A stretch of DNA of 64,000 nt from Cytophagaceae bacterium SCN 52-12 (GCA_001724175.1 MEDT01000038.1:48078-112077); one strand, 5' to 3'. Numbered from the stretch's first letter, positions 1 through 10,814 are shown. Program-made: numbers and translations. The notes: a model not told the origin generated them from the sequence alone.

Positions 1-1654
1 CGGGCTTACCGCCCAGCTTTGCGATAGCTTCCGTCTTTTCCATATCTGAGTAGCAATAGATCGTCTCCTTCTTGTTCCTTACCCTGAACAGCGGGGTTTC
101 CAGGATAAAAAGGTGCCCGTTCCTGACCAGGTCGGGGAAAAATTGCAGGAAGAACGTCATGAGAAGAAGCCTGATATGCATCCCGTCGACATCGGCGTCG
201 GTCGCAATGACGATCCGGTTATATCGCAGGCTTTCCATCCCGCCTTCTATATCAAGCGCATGCTGGAGCAGGTTGAACTCCTCGTTCTCGTATACGATCT
301 TTTTTGTAAGGCCGAAGCAGTTGAGGGGCTTTCCCCTCAGGCTGAAAACCGCCTGGGTCGCAACATCGCGCGATTTGGTGATCGAGCCGCTTGCCGAGTC
401 CCCCTCCGTCAGGAAAAGCGTGCTAAGCTTATGCAGTTCATTTTTTTCATCTACCAGATGCACCCGGCAGTCGCGCAGCTTCCGGTTGTGCAGATTGGCC
501 TTTTTTGCGCGTTCATTTGCAAGCTTTTTGATCCCGGCAAGCTCCTTTCTTTCCCTTTCCGACTGCTCGATGCGTTTTTTGATCGCGTCGCGCGTCTCAG
601 GGTGCATGTGCAGGAAATTATCGAGCCGTTCTTTCAAAAAGTCGTTGATGAATGTCCGGACGGTAGGGCTGGAGGGGTCGGGCGCGATATTGTTGGATCC
701 CAGCTTTGTTTTCGTCTGGGATTCAAATACGGGTTCCTGTACCCTTATCGCAATGGCCGCTATGATCGACGACCTGATATCTTCCGGCGCGTAGTCTTTG
801 CCGAAATGCTCACGTACGGTCCGGACAAACGCCTCGCGGAATGCGGCCAGGTGGGTACCTCCCTGGGTGGTATACTGGCCGTTCACAAAAGAATAATATT
901 CTTCGCCGTACTGGTTGCCATGTGTGACGGCAAGCTCTATGTCGTCGCCTTTCAGGTGGATGATCGGGTAGCGTATGGACTCCTGGTCGGCCTTGTTGCG
1001 GAGCAGATCGAGGAGCCCGTTCTGGGAAAAGTACTTCTGACCGTTGAAATTGATGGTAAGACCCGCGTTCAGGTAGCAGTAATTCCAGATCATGTTCTGG
1101 AGGTATTGCGGGATATAGCGGAAGTTCTTGAATATGGTATTGTCGGGCTCGAATATCATTGATGTGCCGTTCCGCAGCGAAGTGGTTTCCTCGTCAGATT
1201 CACGTACCAGCACACCCTGCGAGAATTCAGCCCATTTCAGCCTGCCGTCTCTTACCGATTGTACCCTGAAAAAGCTCGAGAGCGCATTCACCGCCTTTGT
1301 ACCCACCCCATTGAGCCCTACCGATTTCTGGAAGGCGCCGGAGTCATACTTCCCGCCGGTATTTATTTTGGAAACACAATCTATTACTTTTCTCAAAGGG
1401 ATGCCTCTTCCGTAATCCCGTACTTCCACCCGGTGCTCTGATATCTTAAGATCGATTACTTTTCCGTATCCCATCATATGCTCATCGATGGAGTTATCGA
1501 TAATTTCCTTTACGAGCACATAAATTCCGTCGTCGACAGAGGCGCCATCACCCAGCTTCCCGATATACATTCCCGGGCGGAGACGGATATGCTCCTTCCA
1601 ATCCAAGGACCTTATACTGTCATCATCGTATCTTACCTGGTTGTTTTCTGCCAT
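1..1654 (-). CDS. parE: DNA topoisomerase IV subunit B (3' end outside window)
   Basis: Not in the ORF track. Manual translation from ATG at 1654 gives [32 protein letters not shown]...EIIDNSIDE...DYGRGIP...GGKYD...GLNGVG (GHKL ATPase). Near the window start it reads [17 protein letters not shown] (Toprim). The [22 protein letters not shown]-terminus fits Bacteroidota ParE better than GyrB. Confidence 0.9.
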   Translation of the reverse strand, partial: MAENNQVRYDDDSIRSLDWKEHIRLRPGMYIGKLGDGASVDDGIYVLVKEIIDNSIDEHMMGYGKVIDLKISEHRVEVRDYGRGIPLRKVIDCVSKINTGGKYDSGAFQKSVGLNGVGTKAVNALSSFFRVQSVRDGRLKWAEFSQGVLVRESDEETTSLRNGTSMIFEPDNTIFKNFRYIPQYLQNMIWNYCYLNAGLTINFNGQKYFSQNGLLDLLRNKADQESIRYPIIHLKGDDIELAVTHGNQYGEEYYSFVNGQYTTQGGTHLAAFREAFVRTVREHFGKDYAPEDIRSSIIAAIAIRVQEPVFESQTKTKLGSNNIAPDPSSPTVRTFINDFLKERLDNFLHMHPETRDAIKKRIEQSERERKELAGIKKLANERAKKANLHNRKLRDCRVHLVDEKNELHKLSTLFLTEGDSASGSITKSRDVATQAVFSLRGKPLNCFGLTKKIVYENEEFNLLQHALDIEGGMESLRYNRIVIATDADVDGMHIRLLLMTFFLQFFPDLVRNGHLFILETPLFRVRNKKETIYCYSDMEKTEAIAKLGGKP

Positions 1655-1820
1655 AATTACTATAAAACTGCTTTTTAAGTCCCTGATCCCGTTTTATGTT
1701 CCGATCCTCAAGCCGTGTTCCGGGCAAATTGTCGTGCGGTTGGATCCAGAAATCGCGCCAATCCTTTAAAAATAGGAAAAATCTAATTTACTTTGTCGAA
1801 TTAATAAATAGCTTGAATCA

Positions 1821-1828
1821 CAAATATA
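1821..1828 (-). promoter_or_regulatory. Bacteroidota -7 promoter element (TATATTTG) for parE
   Basis: CAAATATA on + matches TAnnTTTG on -, ~170 nt upstream of parE; no -33 TTTG at canonical spacing. Confidence 0.5.
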
Positions 1829-1984
1829 CGCGGATATTCGTTGATTTCGTTAATTGCAAAGTGGGTTTTGGTACATACATTGTGAATTGCTTTCAGATTA
1901 CAATCTTTAAAAACACTATATCCGGAACGATTGTAAAATACTAAATTCCGATACTTGTATCGACCAGGTTTCTTATCCGACATC

Positions 1985-4459
1985 ATGTTAACATTGAAAA
2001 GGCTTAGTTTCTTTATATTAAAACCCGGGATCGCCTGCTTGGTTCTTTTTACAACGCTACAAGGCTTCGGACAGGGAGTACCCGCGGTTCCCGGCGGAGC
2101 TCAGGGCGTTCCTGCAGGAGTACCGGGCGGGGCTACGCAGGGCACAGGCCTTCCGACCTCGGGGGATATCCAGAATGCGGTCAAGCAGAATAGCTCTTCC
2201 GGGCAGCAAAATACAAATCAGCAAACGTCGGGAAAGGAAGCGAAGCAGGCTAAGCTGACGCCCTCCGAACTGGATACGGCGTCGAATAATAAGCCGACAG
2301 ATACCACCGACATCGCCAGGCAGGCGCTGCTCAACAAGATTTTCGGGCATAAGCAGTTTTCACAGAGCGCATTCAACCCGCTTCAGAACCAGCCTATTGC
2401 GACCCCGATGAGCTATACCGTGGGCCCGGGCGACGAGCTGAATATCAACATTTACGGGAACATACAGCAGGATTTCACCGGGATCACCGTGAACCGCGAC
2501 GGCTATATATCGCTGCCCAGGATAGGCAGCATCTATGTTTTGGGGAAAACGGTAGACGAGATCACAAAGCTGCTGATCGGCAAGCTGGCGCCGTACGCTC
2601 CGAGCCTGCTAGGCCAGGGCGGGGGCGCACCCAAATCGACGCTCCGGATCTCGCTGGCGGAAGTAAGGTCGGTGCAGGTGTATGTAACGGGAGAAGTGAT
2701 GAAGCCGGCTACCTACGAGCTTACCTCGCTGCACTCCGCCTTTAATGCGCTGTACCTGGCGGGCGGGCCGAATGAGATCGGTACGTTCCGCAACATCAAG
2801 GTGGTCCGCGACAACAAGGAGATCTCGACGATCGATACATACGAATATTTTTTGACGGGCAAGCTGCAGAATGACGTCCTTGTTCGCGATAACGACCGCA
2901 TCATAGTAGGCTATTACGATACCAGGGTCGAAATCCAGGGCAACATCAAGAAGCCCGGCCTGTACGAAATGAAAGCGGGCGAAAAGCTCTCCGACCTCTT
3001 CCGGTTTGCCGGCGGCTTTACCGACGACGCCTACCGGGCGCAGTACAGGGTGCTCCGCTTTACTTCCAGGGAAAGAAGGATAGTCGACGTCTCCGAAAGC
3101 CAGGCAGCCGATTTCGAGCTTAAAACGGGCGACCTTGTTACCGTCGACGCCGTGCTCGACCGTTTTGAAAATATGGTCACCATAGAAGGCGCCGTCATGC
3201 GGCCGGGAGAATACTCGCTGGAAGGCAATCCTACGCTGAAGAAACTGCTTGAGACTGTGCAGGGGCTGCGCGAAGACGCGTTTCCCGGCAGGGTCCAGGT
3301 CAACCGGACACGTCCCGACCAGAGCATCGAGAATCTTTCCGTCAATCTTGCCGACATTCTCAATAACCGGATACCCGACCTCCAGCTAGCGCGTCTCGAC
3401 GTGGTGTATGTGCCTTCGGTATATGACATGACCGAGCAGGCCACGGTGTCGATCACCGGCGAGGTCAACAACAGGTCATTTGGCGAGAACAACGGTAAAT
3501 TCCCCTACATTGCCAATATGACGCTCGAAGACCTGATCATTAAGGCGGACGGCCTCAGGGAATCGGCCGATCTGAGGAACATCCAGATATCGCGCCGCAA
3601 AAGAGACGTGGACGCCAAATTTGCCGACGCCCAGATCGCCGAGGTCTTTACGGTCAGCCTCGACCGCAACCTCAGCATCGGGGGAAACGAAAGCGGCATC
3701 ATCCTGTGGCCTTATGACGAGGTGATCGTGGGAAGATCGCCGTCTTATAAGGAACAGCAGTACGTCAGGATCGAGGGAGACGGTATTTTAAGGGAAGGGT
3801 CTTATCCCATCGTCAACCGTAATGACAAAATAAGCGATATTGTAGAGCGGGCGGGCGGCCTTACCGAGCTTGCATTCCTGCCGGGAGCAACGCTTGTGCG
3901 GACTACCATCCTCCCGGAAGCCAATATCATAGATATAGCGGAAGCTGAAGAGAACATCAACAAGAATACGGTTACAGGCGCCAGCGTAAGTACCGTCGAA
4001 GGGACCACGAAGCAGGAGAATATCGGGATCAACATGACCAGGATACTCAGGAACAGAGGCTCAAAAGAGGACCTGATCGTGCAGGCCGGCGATGTGATCC
4101 GGGTTCCGAAGCGACTTGAGACCGTCCAGGTAGCCGGCGAGGTGCTCTACCCGACGACGGTCAAATATAATGACGGGATGTCGTTCCTCGATTTCATTTC
4201 TCAATCCGGAGGCTTTACAAAAGCCTCGCAGCGGCGCAGCTCCTGGATCAAATACCCGAACGGATCGGTAGACCGTACCCGCAGGTTCCTTGTGTTTAAC
4301 GTGTATCCGAAAGTACAGCCGGGCTCGGAGATAGTCGTTCCTGTGAAAGCAGGTACCGAGGTTACACCGCTGCAGCTGCTGAATGTAGGGATTCAGATCT
4401 CGACTACTCTGATGACCCTGATCCTATCGGTTCTGGCATTCCGTAATATATCAAACTAG
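1985..4459 (+). CDS. Polysaccharide export protein with multiple SLBB domains (Wza/KpsD-like OPX)
   Basis: YTVGPGDELNINIYG Poly_export motif and repeated V.GEV..PG.Y / ..AGG SLBB units. ATG 1985 preferred over TTG 1955. Confidence 0.9.
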   Translation: MLTLKRLSFFILKPGIACLVLFTTLQGFGQGVPAVPGGAQGVPAGVPGGATQGTGLPTSGDIQNAVKQNSSSGQQNTNQQTSGKEAKQAKLTPSELDTASNNKPTDTTDIARQALLNKIFGHKQFSQSAFNPLQNQPIATPMSYTVGPGDELNINIYGNIQQDFTGITVNRDGYISLPRIGSIYVLGKTVDEITKLLIGKLAPYAPSLLGQGGGAPKSTLRISLAEVRSVQVYVTGEVMKPATYELTSLHSAFNALYLAGGPNEIGTFRNIKVVRDNKEISTIDTYEYFLTGKLQNDVLVRDNDRIIVGYYDTRVEIQGNIKKPGLYEMKAGEKLSDLFRFAGGFTDDAYRAQYRVLRFTSRERRIVDVSESQAADFELKTGDLVTVDAVLDRFENMVTIEGAVMRPGEYSLEGNPTLKKLLETVQGLREDAFPGRVQVNRTRPDQSIENLSVNLADILNNRIPDLQLARLDVVYVPSVYDMTEQATVSITGEVNNRSFGENNGKFPYIANMTLEDLIIKADGLRESADLRNIQISRRKRDVDAKFADAQIAEVFTVSLDRNLSIGGNESGIILWPYDEVIVGRSPSYKEQQYVRIEGDGILREGSYPIVNRNDKISDIVERAGGLTELAFLPGATLVRTTILPEANIIDIAEAEENINKNTVTGASVSTVEGTTKQENIGINMTRILRNRGSKEDLIVQAGDVIRVPKRLETVQVAGEVLYPTTVKYNDGMSFLDFISQSGGFTKASQRRSSWIKYPNGSVDRTRRFLVFNVYPKVQPGSEIVVPVKAGTEVTPLQLLNVGIQISTTLMTLILSVLAFRNISN

Positions 4460-4467
4460 AGCTTTTT

Positions 4468-5571
4468 ATGTCTGATCAGTCTCAGAGAGCGACGGAAGAA
4501 CAATTTACACTCAAGGATGTTATCATCGGCCTGCTGGCCGCCAAGGATGCCGTTTTAAGAAACTGGAAGCAGGTATTGCTGATCACTGTCCTGGGACTCG
4601 GCATAGGCTGGGGATTGGATTTCTTCTTAAAAAAGCCGCCTTCCTACATCGCCGAAGTAGTTTTCAACCTGGGTACAGCCGGGACAACCGGCGGGATGCC
4701 CGCGGGCCTGGGCAACCTTTTCGGGATGGGCGGCACTGCCGATGCCAATATCTTCACCGGCGAAAACTTCTTCATCTGGGTAAAATCGAGCCCCGTGCTG
4801 GAGAGGGCGCTGCTTAAGGAGGTTTCTGTGGGTAATAAGAAAATGCTCATGGCCAACCTTTATATCGATTCCAGCGATATAAAGGAAAACCGCTGGAAAA
4901 AAGCGACTCAATGGCATGATTTCAAACTGACGCATGCCAAGCCCGACAGCTTCAATATCGAGGAGCGCATGGTCCTCAATGACCTGATAGCGGATATCGG
5001 CGATGCGACCTCCATCGAGGAGCTGGGCAAAAAATCGTCTTTCATGGAGCTGACGGTTACGACCATCAATGAAAACCTGTCGGCGCTCTGGGCCAATACG
5101 CTCCTGGAAACAGTAGACGAGTTTTATGCCGAAATCCAGACAACCAAAACCAGGAAGACGCTATCCCTGCTTGAAAAGCGGGCCGATTCGCTCGGCAGGA
5201 AGCTTTCCGGCTCCGAAACCAGGCTGGCACAGGTCAAAGATCAGAGCCTCTTTTCTGTAGAAGTAGAAACCCCGGCCAGGCTCACCAGGCTAAGCAGGGA
5301 TACGGAATTCATCCAGCGGCTCTACCTCGAGGCGCTTGCAGGAGCCGAGCAGACAAGGGTTTCGCTGGTAAGGGAAGCTCCCCTGTTCACCATTATCGAA
5401 CCTATCAAACGGCCGCTCGACCTTACCTTTGATCCCGGTCAGCGTAAGAAAATCGGAGCATTGCTCGGCTTTCTGGTCGCCCTGATATATGTCTATTTCA
5501 AGTCCGCTTACGACGAAGCGGTAAGAGAGAAAAAACAAAAGAAGGAAAATGTCCCGCAACATTACCATTAA
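4468..5571 (+). CDS. Polysaccharide co-polymerase / chain-length determinant (Wzz/KpsE-like)
   Basis: Two terminal TM segments, periplasmic coiled-coil, Pro-rich PLFTIIEP before TM2, no kinase domain. Confidence 0.75.
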   Translation: MSDQSQRATEEQFTLKDVIIGLLAAKDAVLRNWKQVLLITVLGLGIGWGLDFFLKKPPSYIAEVVFNLGTAGTTGGMPAGLGNLFGMGGTADANIFTGENFFIWVKSSPVLERALLKEVSVGNKKMLMANLYIDSSDIKENRWKKATQWHDFKLTHAKPDSFNIEERMVLNDLIADIGDATSIEELGKKSSFMELTVTTINENLSALWANTLLETVDEFYAEIQTTKTRKTLSLLEKRADSLGRKLSGSETRLAQVKDQSLFSVEVETPARLTRLSRDTEFIQRLYLEALAGAEQTRVSLVREAPLFTIIEPIKRPLDLTFDPGQRKKIGALLGFLVALIYVYFKSAYDEAVREKKQKKENVPQHYH

Positions 5572-6379
5572 ACCCGGGGGCAGCGCCAGGGAGTACTGGC
5601 TGGACCTCTGGGAGCACCGGCAGCTCCTTTGGATCCTCTCCAAGAGAGACATTTCGGTAAGGTACAAGCAAACATTGCTTGGGATCGCCTGGAGCGTTAT
5701 CCGGCCGTTGGCCACTATGATCGTAATGACCATCGCCTTCAGCGTAATAGCCAAGCTGAAGCCCGATACCGGCGTACCCTACCCTTTAATGGTGCTCGGC
5801 GGGATTACGATCTGGACTTTCTTCGCCAATACCTTTACCCAGATCAGCAACAGCATCACGCTCAATTCCAACCTGGTGGCTAAGGTCTATTTCCCGCGGC
5901 TCATCATGCCCCTGAGCGCCGTTTCGGTAGGCTTTGTCGATTTCATGATCGCTTTCGTGCTTTATCTCCTGATCAGCATCGTCGGCTACGGCTACTGGCC
6001 CAGCAGCAATATTGTTTTCCTGCCTTTCTTCCTCATCCTTACGTTTATCACCGCGTTCGGCTTCGGGCTTTTCTTTGCAGCCGTCAATGTACGGTTCAGG
6101 GATATCGGCCAGCTGATACCTTTCCTGGTACAGGTGGGGATCTACGCATGCCCCATCGCCTACAGCAGCCAGATGGTAGCGGGCACATGGTGGTATCAAT
6201 ACCATCTTCTGAACCCTGTAGTAAGCCTCGTGGACGGGTTCAGGTGGTGTCTTCTGGGCAACAACGCCTACTTCGATCCCAGAAGTCTTTACAGCACAGT
6301 AATCGTTTCGACAATAGCTTTGTTTCTTTCCATTGCTTACTTTCGCAAAAAAGAAAGTTCCTTCGTTGATCATCTCTGA
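5549..6379 (+). CDS. wzm: ABC-2 polysaccharide exporter permease
   Basis: RDISVRYKQTLLGIAW, KVYFPR, RFRDI and LLNP motifs; ~6 TM. Confidence 0.93.
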   Translation: MSRNITIKPGGSAREYWLDLWEHRQLLWILSKRDISVRYKQTLLGIAWSVIRPLATMIVMTIAFSVIAKLKPDTGVPYPLMVLGGITIWTFFANTFTQISNSITLNSNLVAKVYFPRLIMPLSAVSVGFVDFMIAFVLYLLISIVGYGYWPSSNIVFLPFFLILTFITAFGFGLFFAAVNVRFRDIGQLIPFLVQVGIYACPIAYSSQMVAGTWWYQYHLLNPVVSLVDGFRWCLLGNNAYFDPRSLYSTVIVSTIALFLSIAYFRKKESSFVDHL

Positions 6380-6399
6380 GTCCTATCTCAGTATCGTAT

Positions 6400-7659
6400 A
6401 TGTCTGTTATCGTAGCTGAAAATATTAGTAAGAAGTACATCATAGACCATAAAAATCTCAGGTCGGGAAGTACTATCCGTGACTGGTTCTCCGAAACAGG
6501 CAAACGTTTATTTTCCAGGCAGGGAAAAGACGGCAGTACCAGCTCAAAGGAGGAGTTCTGGGCGCTGAAGGATGTCGATTTCAAAATAGAGCATGGCGAC
6601 AGGGTGGGGATCGTCGGGCACAACGGCGCCGGCAAATCCACGCTTCTGAAAGTGCTCAGCAGGATCACCGAGCCCACTACAGGGCGGGTATCCATCAAGG
6701 GCCGCGTCGCCAGCCTCCTGGAGGTAGGCACAGGCTTCCATCCCGAGCTCACCGGCCGGGAGAATATTTACCTGAACGGCGCCGTGCTGGGCATGACCAC
6801 CCACGAGATCAAAAAATCTTTTGACGCGATCGTGGATTTCGCCGGTGTCGAAAGATTCCTCGACACGCCCGTCAAAAGATACTCTTCCGGGATGTATGTC
6901 CGGCTGGGGTTTGCCATAGCGGCGCACCTTGAACCCGAGATACTGATCGTCGACGAAGTGCTCGCCGTAGGCGACGCGGAATTCCAGAAGAAGAGCCTGG
7001 GCAAAATGCGCGACGTGTCGGAAAGCGGGCGGACGATATTGTTCGTAAGCCATAACCTGACGGCCGTCCAGTCGCTTTGCAACAAGGCGTTCTACTTCGA
7101 AAAAGGACAGCTCCTCGAGCAGGGCGACACCACGCATATTGTAAGCACCTACCTCAGCAGGGTATCGAGGAAAAGCCTGGAGCACATATGGGACGACCTG
7201 TCGAAAGCCCCGGGCAATCACCAGGTCCGGATGAAAAGCCTCAAGCTCATCCCCGACTACAGGGACGAGCTGACCCATATCGACGTGCGGACGCCGATGA
7301 AGCTTTCGTGCGAGTTCTGGAATTACGAAGACAACGCGATGCTCAACCTGAGCATACACCTTTATGCTTACACCGGTGAATGCATCTTCAACATAGGAAC
7401 CAGGGCCCAGCGTTTTTCCAAAGGTCTCGTGGGCGCCGTATGCGATATCCCCGGTAACTTCCTCAATGACGGCAGCTATGTCATTTCAATAATGGTAGTC
7501 AAAGACACCAGCGAAGTGCTTTTCAACCTGGAAGAAGCGATCACTTTTGATATACAGGACTACCGGGAAGGCGTAACCTGGTACGGAAAATGGCCGGGTT
7601 ATATCCGTCCGCAACTCAATTTCTCCATTTCTCAAACCGAACCGGTGCCCAATGATTAA
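6400..7659 (+). CDS. wzt: ABC polysaccharide exporter ATPase with C-terminal Wzt_C domain
   Basis: GHNGAGKST, YSSGM, ILIVDEVLAVGD, VSH; ~160 aa C-terminal extension. Confidence 0.93.
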   Translation: MSVIVAENISKKYIIDHKNLRSGSTIRDWFSETGKRLFSRQGKDGSTSSKEEFWALKDVDFKIEHGDRVGIVGHNGAGKSTLLKVLSRITEPTTGRVSIKGRVASLLEVGTGFHPELTGRENIYLNGAVLGMTTHEIKKSFDAIVDFAGVERFLDTPVKRYSSGMYVRLGFAIAAHLEPEILIVDEVLAVGDAEFQKKSLGKMRDVSESGRTILFVSHNLTAVQSLCNKAFYFEKGQLLEQGDTTHIVSTYLSRVSRKSLEHIWDDLSKAPGNHQVRMKSLKLIPDYRDELTHIDVRTPMKLSCEFWNYEDNAMLNLSIHLYAYTGECIFNIGTRAQRFSKGLVGAVCDIPGNFLNDGSYVISIMVVKDTSEVLFNLEEAITFDIQDYREGVTWYGKWPGYIRPQLNFSISQTEPVPND

Positions 7660-8743
7660 CGTAACCAAATCCTTCCTTCCCGATAAGGAGGAATACATTG
7701 GATATATCAATCAGATCTGGGACAGCGTTCATCTGACTAACAACGGGCCGTTGCTTCAGCGCCTGGAGGAGGAATTGCGCCGGTTTACCGGTATCGACAA
7801 CCTGTATTTCTGCAGTAACGGCACCGTTGTGCTCGAGATCGCCCTCAAGGCGCTGAACATCACCGGGGAAGTGATCACCACTCCCTTTTCATACTGCGCC
7901 ACCTCCAACGTCATCATCTGGAATAACTGCGTTCCGGTCTTCGTCGATATCGATCCCGATACTTTCAATATCAATGCCGACCTGATCGAAGCAGCTATTA
8001 CCCCGGAAACCCGGGCTATCCTGGCCACGCATGTCTATGGCAACCCGTGCGACGTGGAAAAGATAGAAGCCATCGCCCGGCGGCACAATCTCAAAGTCAT
8101 CTATGACGGCGCCCACGGTTTCGGCGTTACCTATAAAGGCAGATCTTTGCTCAGCTACGGCGATATTTCAACCTGCAGCCTGCACGCAACCAAGATTTTC
8201 CATTCCGTAGAAGGAGGGCTCATTTCAACCAGCCATCCCGAGCTGAACCATAGCCTGCAGCTTTTGCGCGCCTTCGGCCATAAAGGCGATGAAGAATACT
8301 TTTACGCGGGCATCAACGGCAAAAATTCGGAATTCCATGCGGCTATGGGGCTCTGTAACCTCCCCCACGTCCCGGAGATAATCCGGTACCGCCGCCAGGT
8401 ATTCAGCTGGTACGACAACAACCTCGACTGGGAGCACCTGAAAAAGCCGCTGCTGGCCGGCCAGATGGAGTACAATTACGCTTACTACCCCGTCGTGCTT
8501 CCTTCCGAAGATGTGCTTCACCAGGTTCAGCAGGGCCTGCAGGCAATAGGCGTCGGGTGCAGACGGTATTTCCATCCCTCGCTCAACACGCTTTCCTTTA
8601 TGCCGAGGCATTATTCGTGCCCGGTTTCTGAAAATATCGCCTCCAGGGTAGTGGCGCTCCCGCTCTTTGTCGGCCTGGAAGAACAGGTAGTGGTCAGGAT
8701 ATCTTCCGCCATTAACGGTATCATCCGCGCCGCTATACTCTAA
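7652..8743 (+). CDS. DegT/DnrJ/EryC1/StrS sugar aminotransferase (VioA-like)
   Basis: LTNNGP, IYDGAHGFG, SLHATK (PLP Lys), EGG, GINGKNSEFHAAMG, RRYF. Confidence 0.9.
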   Translation: MINVTKSFLPDKEEYIGYINQIWDSVHLTNNGPLLQRLEEELRRFTGIDNLYFCSNGTVVLEIALKALNITGEVITTPFSYCATSNVIIWNNCVPVFVDIDPDTFNINADLIEAAITPETRAILATHVYGNPCDVEKIEAIARRHNLKVIYDGAHGFGVTYKGRSLLSYGDISTCSLHATKIFHSVEGGLISTSHPELNHSLQLLRAFGHKGDEEYFYAGINGKNSEFHAAMGLCNLPHVPEIIRYRRQVFSWYDNNLDWEHLKKPLLAGQMEYNYAYYPVVLPSEDVLHQVQQGLQAIGVGCRRYFHPSLNTLSFMPRHYSCPVSENIASRVVALPLFVGLEEQVVVRISSAINGIIRAAIL

Positions 8744-8754
8744 AGGTTTTAGCA

Positions 8755-10782
8755 ATGACTATTATCTACTGGTTAGCTTTCCTTGTATTTATCGTCCTGA
8801 TCGGCATTACCGCCAAACGGATTTCCAGACCGTCTGTTTCCGAATTTTTCATTGTCTGCTTCCTGCTCTTCACAGGCAGCGTCATTCCCGTAGGCTTCCT
8901 GCTCTCGCCGCTTAACCTTACCGCGCAGACCTGGGCATGGATAGCAGGCGTATACCTGGCCATCGGTATACACTATTCAATGTGGAGCAGGATCTGCGCC
9001 ACGCCGGCTTTCTCCATGCGGGAAGTGTTTTCGGAAAGGATCAGTATGATGACTTCCTGGTTTTCCGGCCTTTCGCCTTATCTTAAAGTACTTTTTGTCC
9101 TTCTTATCGGCACGCTGGCCATCATTGCGGCCACCAACCTCGCGCTTGTGCTCTTTACCGTGCCCAACGAATGGGACAGCATGACCGGGCACCTCAACCG
9201 GCCGCTGCGCTATATACAGCGCGGTAATATGGCCCATTTCGGCGGCACCAACTGGAACATGGACACCTATCCGAAAAGTGTAACCGGCATCCATATTTTC
9301 ACCTACCTGATCAGCGGGAAAATAGAAAATGCGTTCAAGCTCATTCACCACGTTTCCTACTGGATTACCGTCATCGCGGTTTTCGGATGCGCCCAGCGCA
9401 TAGGGAGAAGCTTCACGGCAAGCCTGTTCTGCGCATTGAGCTACAGCCTTTTCCTTGACTTCCTTATGCAGGCCGTAACGACCGAGACGGATGTGGTCCT
9501 TACAGCTTACCTGTCGTGCCTGCTCTATTTCCTTTTCTCATTCTACGCCACCAAATCCTACCATTATCTCTACCTGGCGGGTATGGCGTTTGCAATCGCG
9601 CTGGGACACAAGATCACCTTTGTATTGCTTTTCCCGTCGATCTTCGTCATCATGCTCTATACCGTGTTCCTGTCGCCCGATCTGGCGACCTTCAGGAACC
9701 GGTTTTTTCGCCTGGCGCTGGGTATCGCTATCGCTTCCGCCATTTACACCTTGCCGACCGGCTACATTACCAACCTGCAGACGTTCGGTCACCCCATAGG
9801 TCCGCCTACAGCGCTCAGGCACCAGTCGGTGGAAAGGGCGGGCTCTCCGGCCAACCTCTTCGAGCAGGGAAGCCGGAACGTGGTGCGGTACCTCTATGAT
9901 TTTGCAAACCTTGACGGGCTCCGGAACGCCCAGTGGGGGTATGATCTGAATAAAACGATCAGGAAACCGCTTGTTTTCCTTGAAGACAAGCTCAAAATGC
10001 GCCTGGATGAAGAGATCGATTTTTCGATCGTGCCGTTTTCGTTCCAGAGAAGGTTCGAGTTCTATAATGCAAATCCCTATTGGGGAGTTTTCGGATTTGC
10101 ATTGATACTGCCGGTTATTTTGCTGGTGCTGCTGCGGATCGTATGGTCGCGCCCGCACTGGTTCCTTGCGGTAGCTTTTGCCCTCCATTTCCTGGCCCTG
10201 TCCTACTCTGCCCCGTACGACCCCTTCAAAGGGCGGTATTTTGTCGAGACCGGCGTATTCGGAGTGCTCTTTCTCCTGCTTCTTTTTTCCACGCACAGCC
10301 TTTCCATTTTAAGGCCTAAAAGATGGGCCTGGAAAAGCTACGTGGGCGTCATCGTCTTTACCGCCTGCGTTTCGGCCATCATGACGGTGTTCCTGAATAT
10401 CCGCTGCCTGCCATTCCCTGCATATGGCTATGAATCGGCGTTTACGGCAGACAGGATCAAAATGCAGACATTCTCACGCCCGGATACTTACGTGGCCTAT
10501 GCCAGGTTTGATTCGCTCGTTCCCCAGGACGCGACGGTAGCGCTGGGGACGATCAACGACGATTTCGAATACCCGCTTTACGGCAGAAAGCTGACGCGCA
10601 AGCTGATTTCCATCAATCCCTTCGAAAAGGGGCTCCAGCCTATTCCCGAAGAAGCGGACTATCTCTTCTTCTCCAAAAATGTCATCAAGCCGATACCGGG
10701 AGACATCCGCCTGGGAACCGATACGACCATGAAAGACATGATTGTAAAAGCGGAAGACTACTATTTAAGAAAACTGAAGTAA
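8755..10782 (+). CDS. Polytopic membrane protein, GT-C-like (ArnT/GT39-like) glycosyltransferase
   Basis: Many TM helices, luminal acidic motif PNEWDSMTGH, TTETD, ALGHK, GNP-like GHPIGP, soluble C-terminal domain. Confidence 0.55.
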   Translation: MTIIYWLAFLVFIVLIGITAKRISRPSVSEFFIVCFLLFTGSVIPVGFLLSPLNLTAQTWAWIAGVYLAIGIHYSMWSRICATPAFSMREVFSERISMMTSWFSGLSPYLKVLFVLLIGTLAIIAATNLALVLFTVPNEWDSMTGHLNRPLRYIQRGNMAHFGGTNWNMDTYPKSVTGIHIFTYLISGKIENAFKLIHHVSYWITVIAVFGCAQRIGRSFTASLFCALSYSLFLDFLMQAVTTETDVVLTAYLSCLLYFLFSFYATKSYHYLYLAGMAFAIALGHKITFVLLFPSIFVIMLYTVFLSPDLATFRNRFFRLALGIAIASAIYTLPTGYITNLQTFGHPIGPPTALRHQSVERAGSPANLFEQGSRNVVRYLYDFANLDGLRNAQWGYDLNKTIRKPLVFLEDKLKMRLDEEIDFSIVPFSFQRRFEFYNANPYWGVFGFALILPVILLVLLRIVWSRPHWFLAVAFALHFLALSYSAPYDPFKGRYFVETGVFGVLFLLLLFSTHSLSILRPKRWAWKSYVGVIVFTACVSAIMTVFLNIRCLPFPAYGYESAFTADRIKMQTFSRPDTYVAYARFDSLVPQDATVALGTINDDFEYPLYGRKLTRKLISINPFEKGLQPIPEEADYLFFSKNVIKPIPGDIRLGTDTTMKDMIVKAEDYYLRKLK

Positions 10783-10814
10783 CGACCGGCTCCCGGTCCA
10801 TAAAGATCGCGACG

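Noticed and set aside
72-1678. Plus-strand ORFs 72-794, 113-1162, 1128-1415, 1259-1441 and 1478-1678
   Set aside because: Antisense shadows of minus-strand parE, which the track missed because it runs off the window.
1898-1936. 8-bp inverted repeat TTACAATC/GATTGTAA as an invertible capsule promoter
   Set aside because: Arms and the 23-nt spacer are too short, no promoter lies between them and no recombinase is nearby; at most a TF site.
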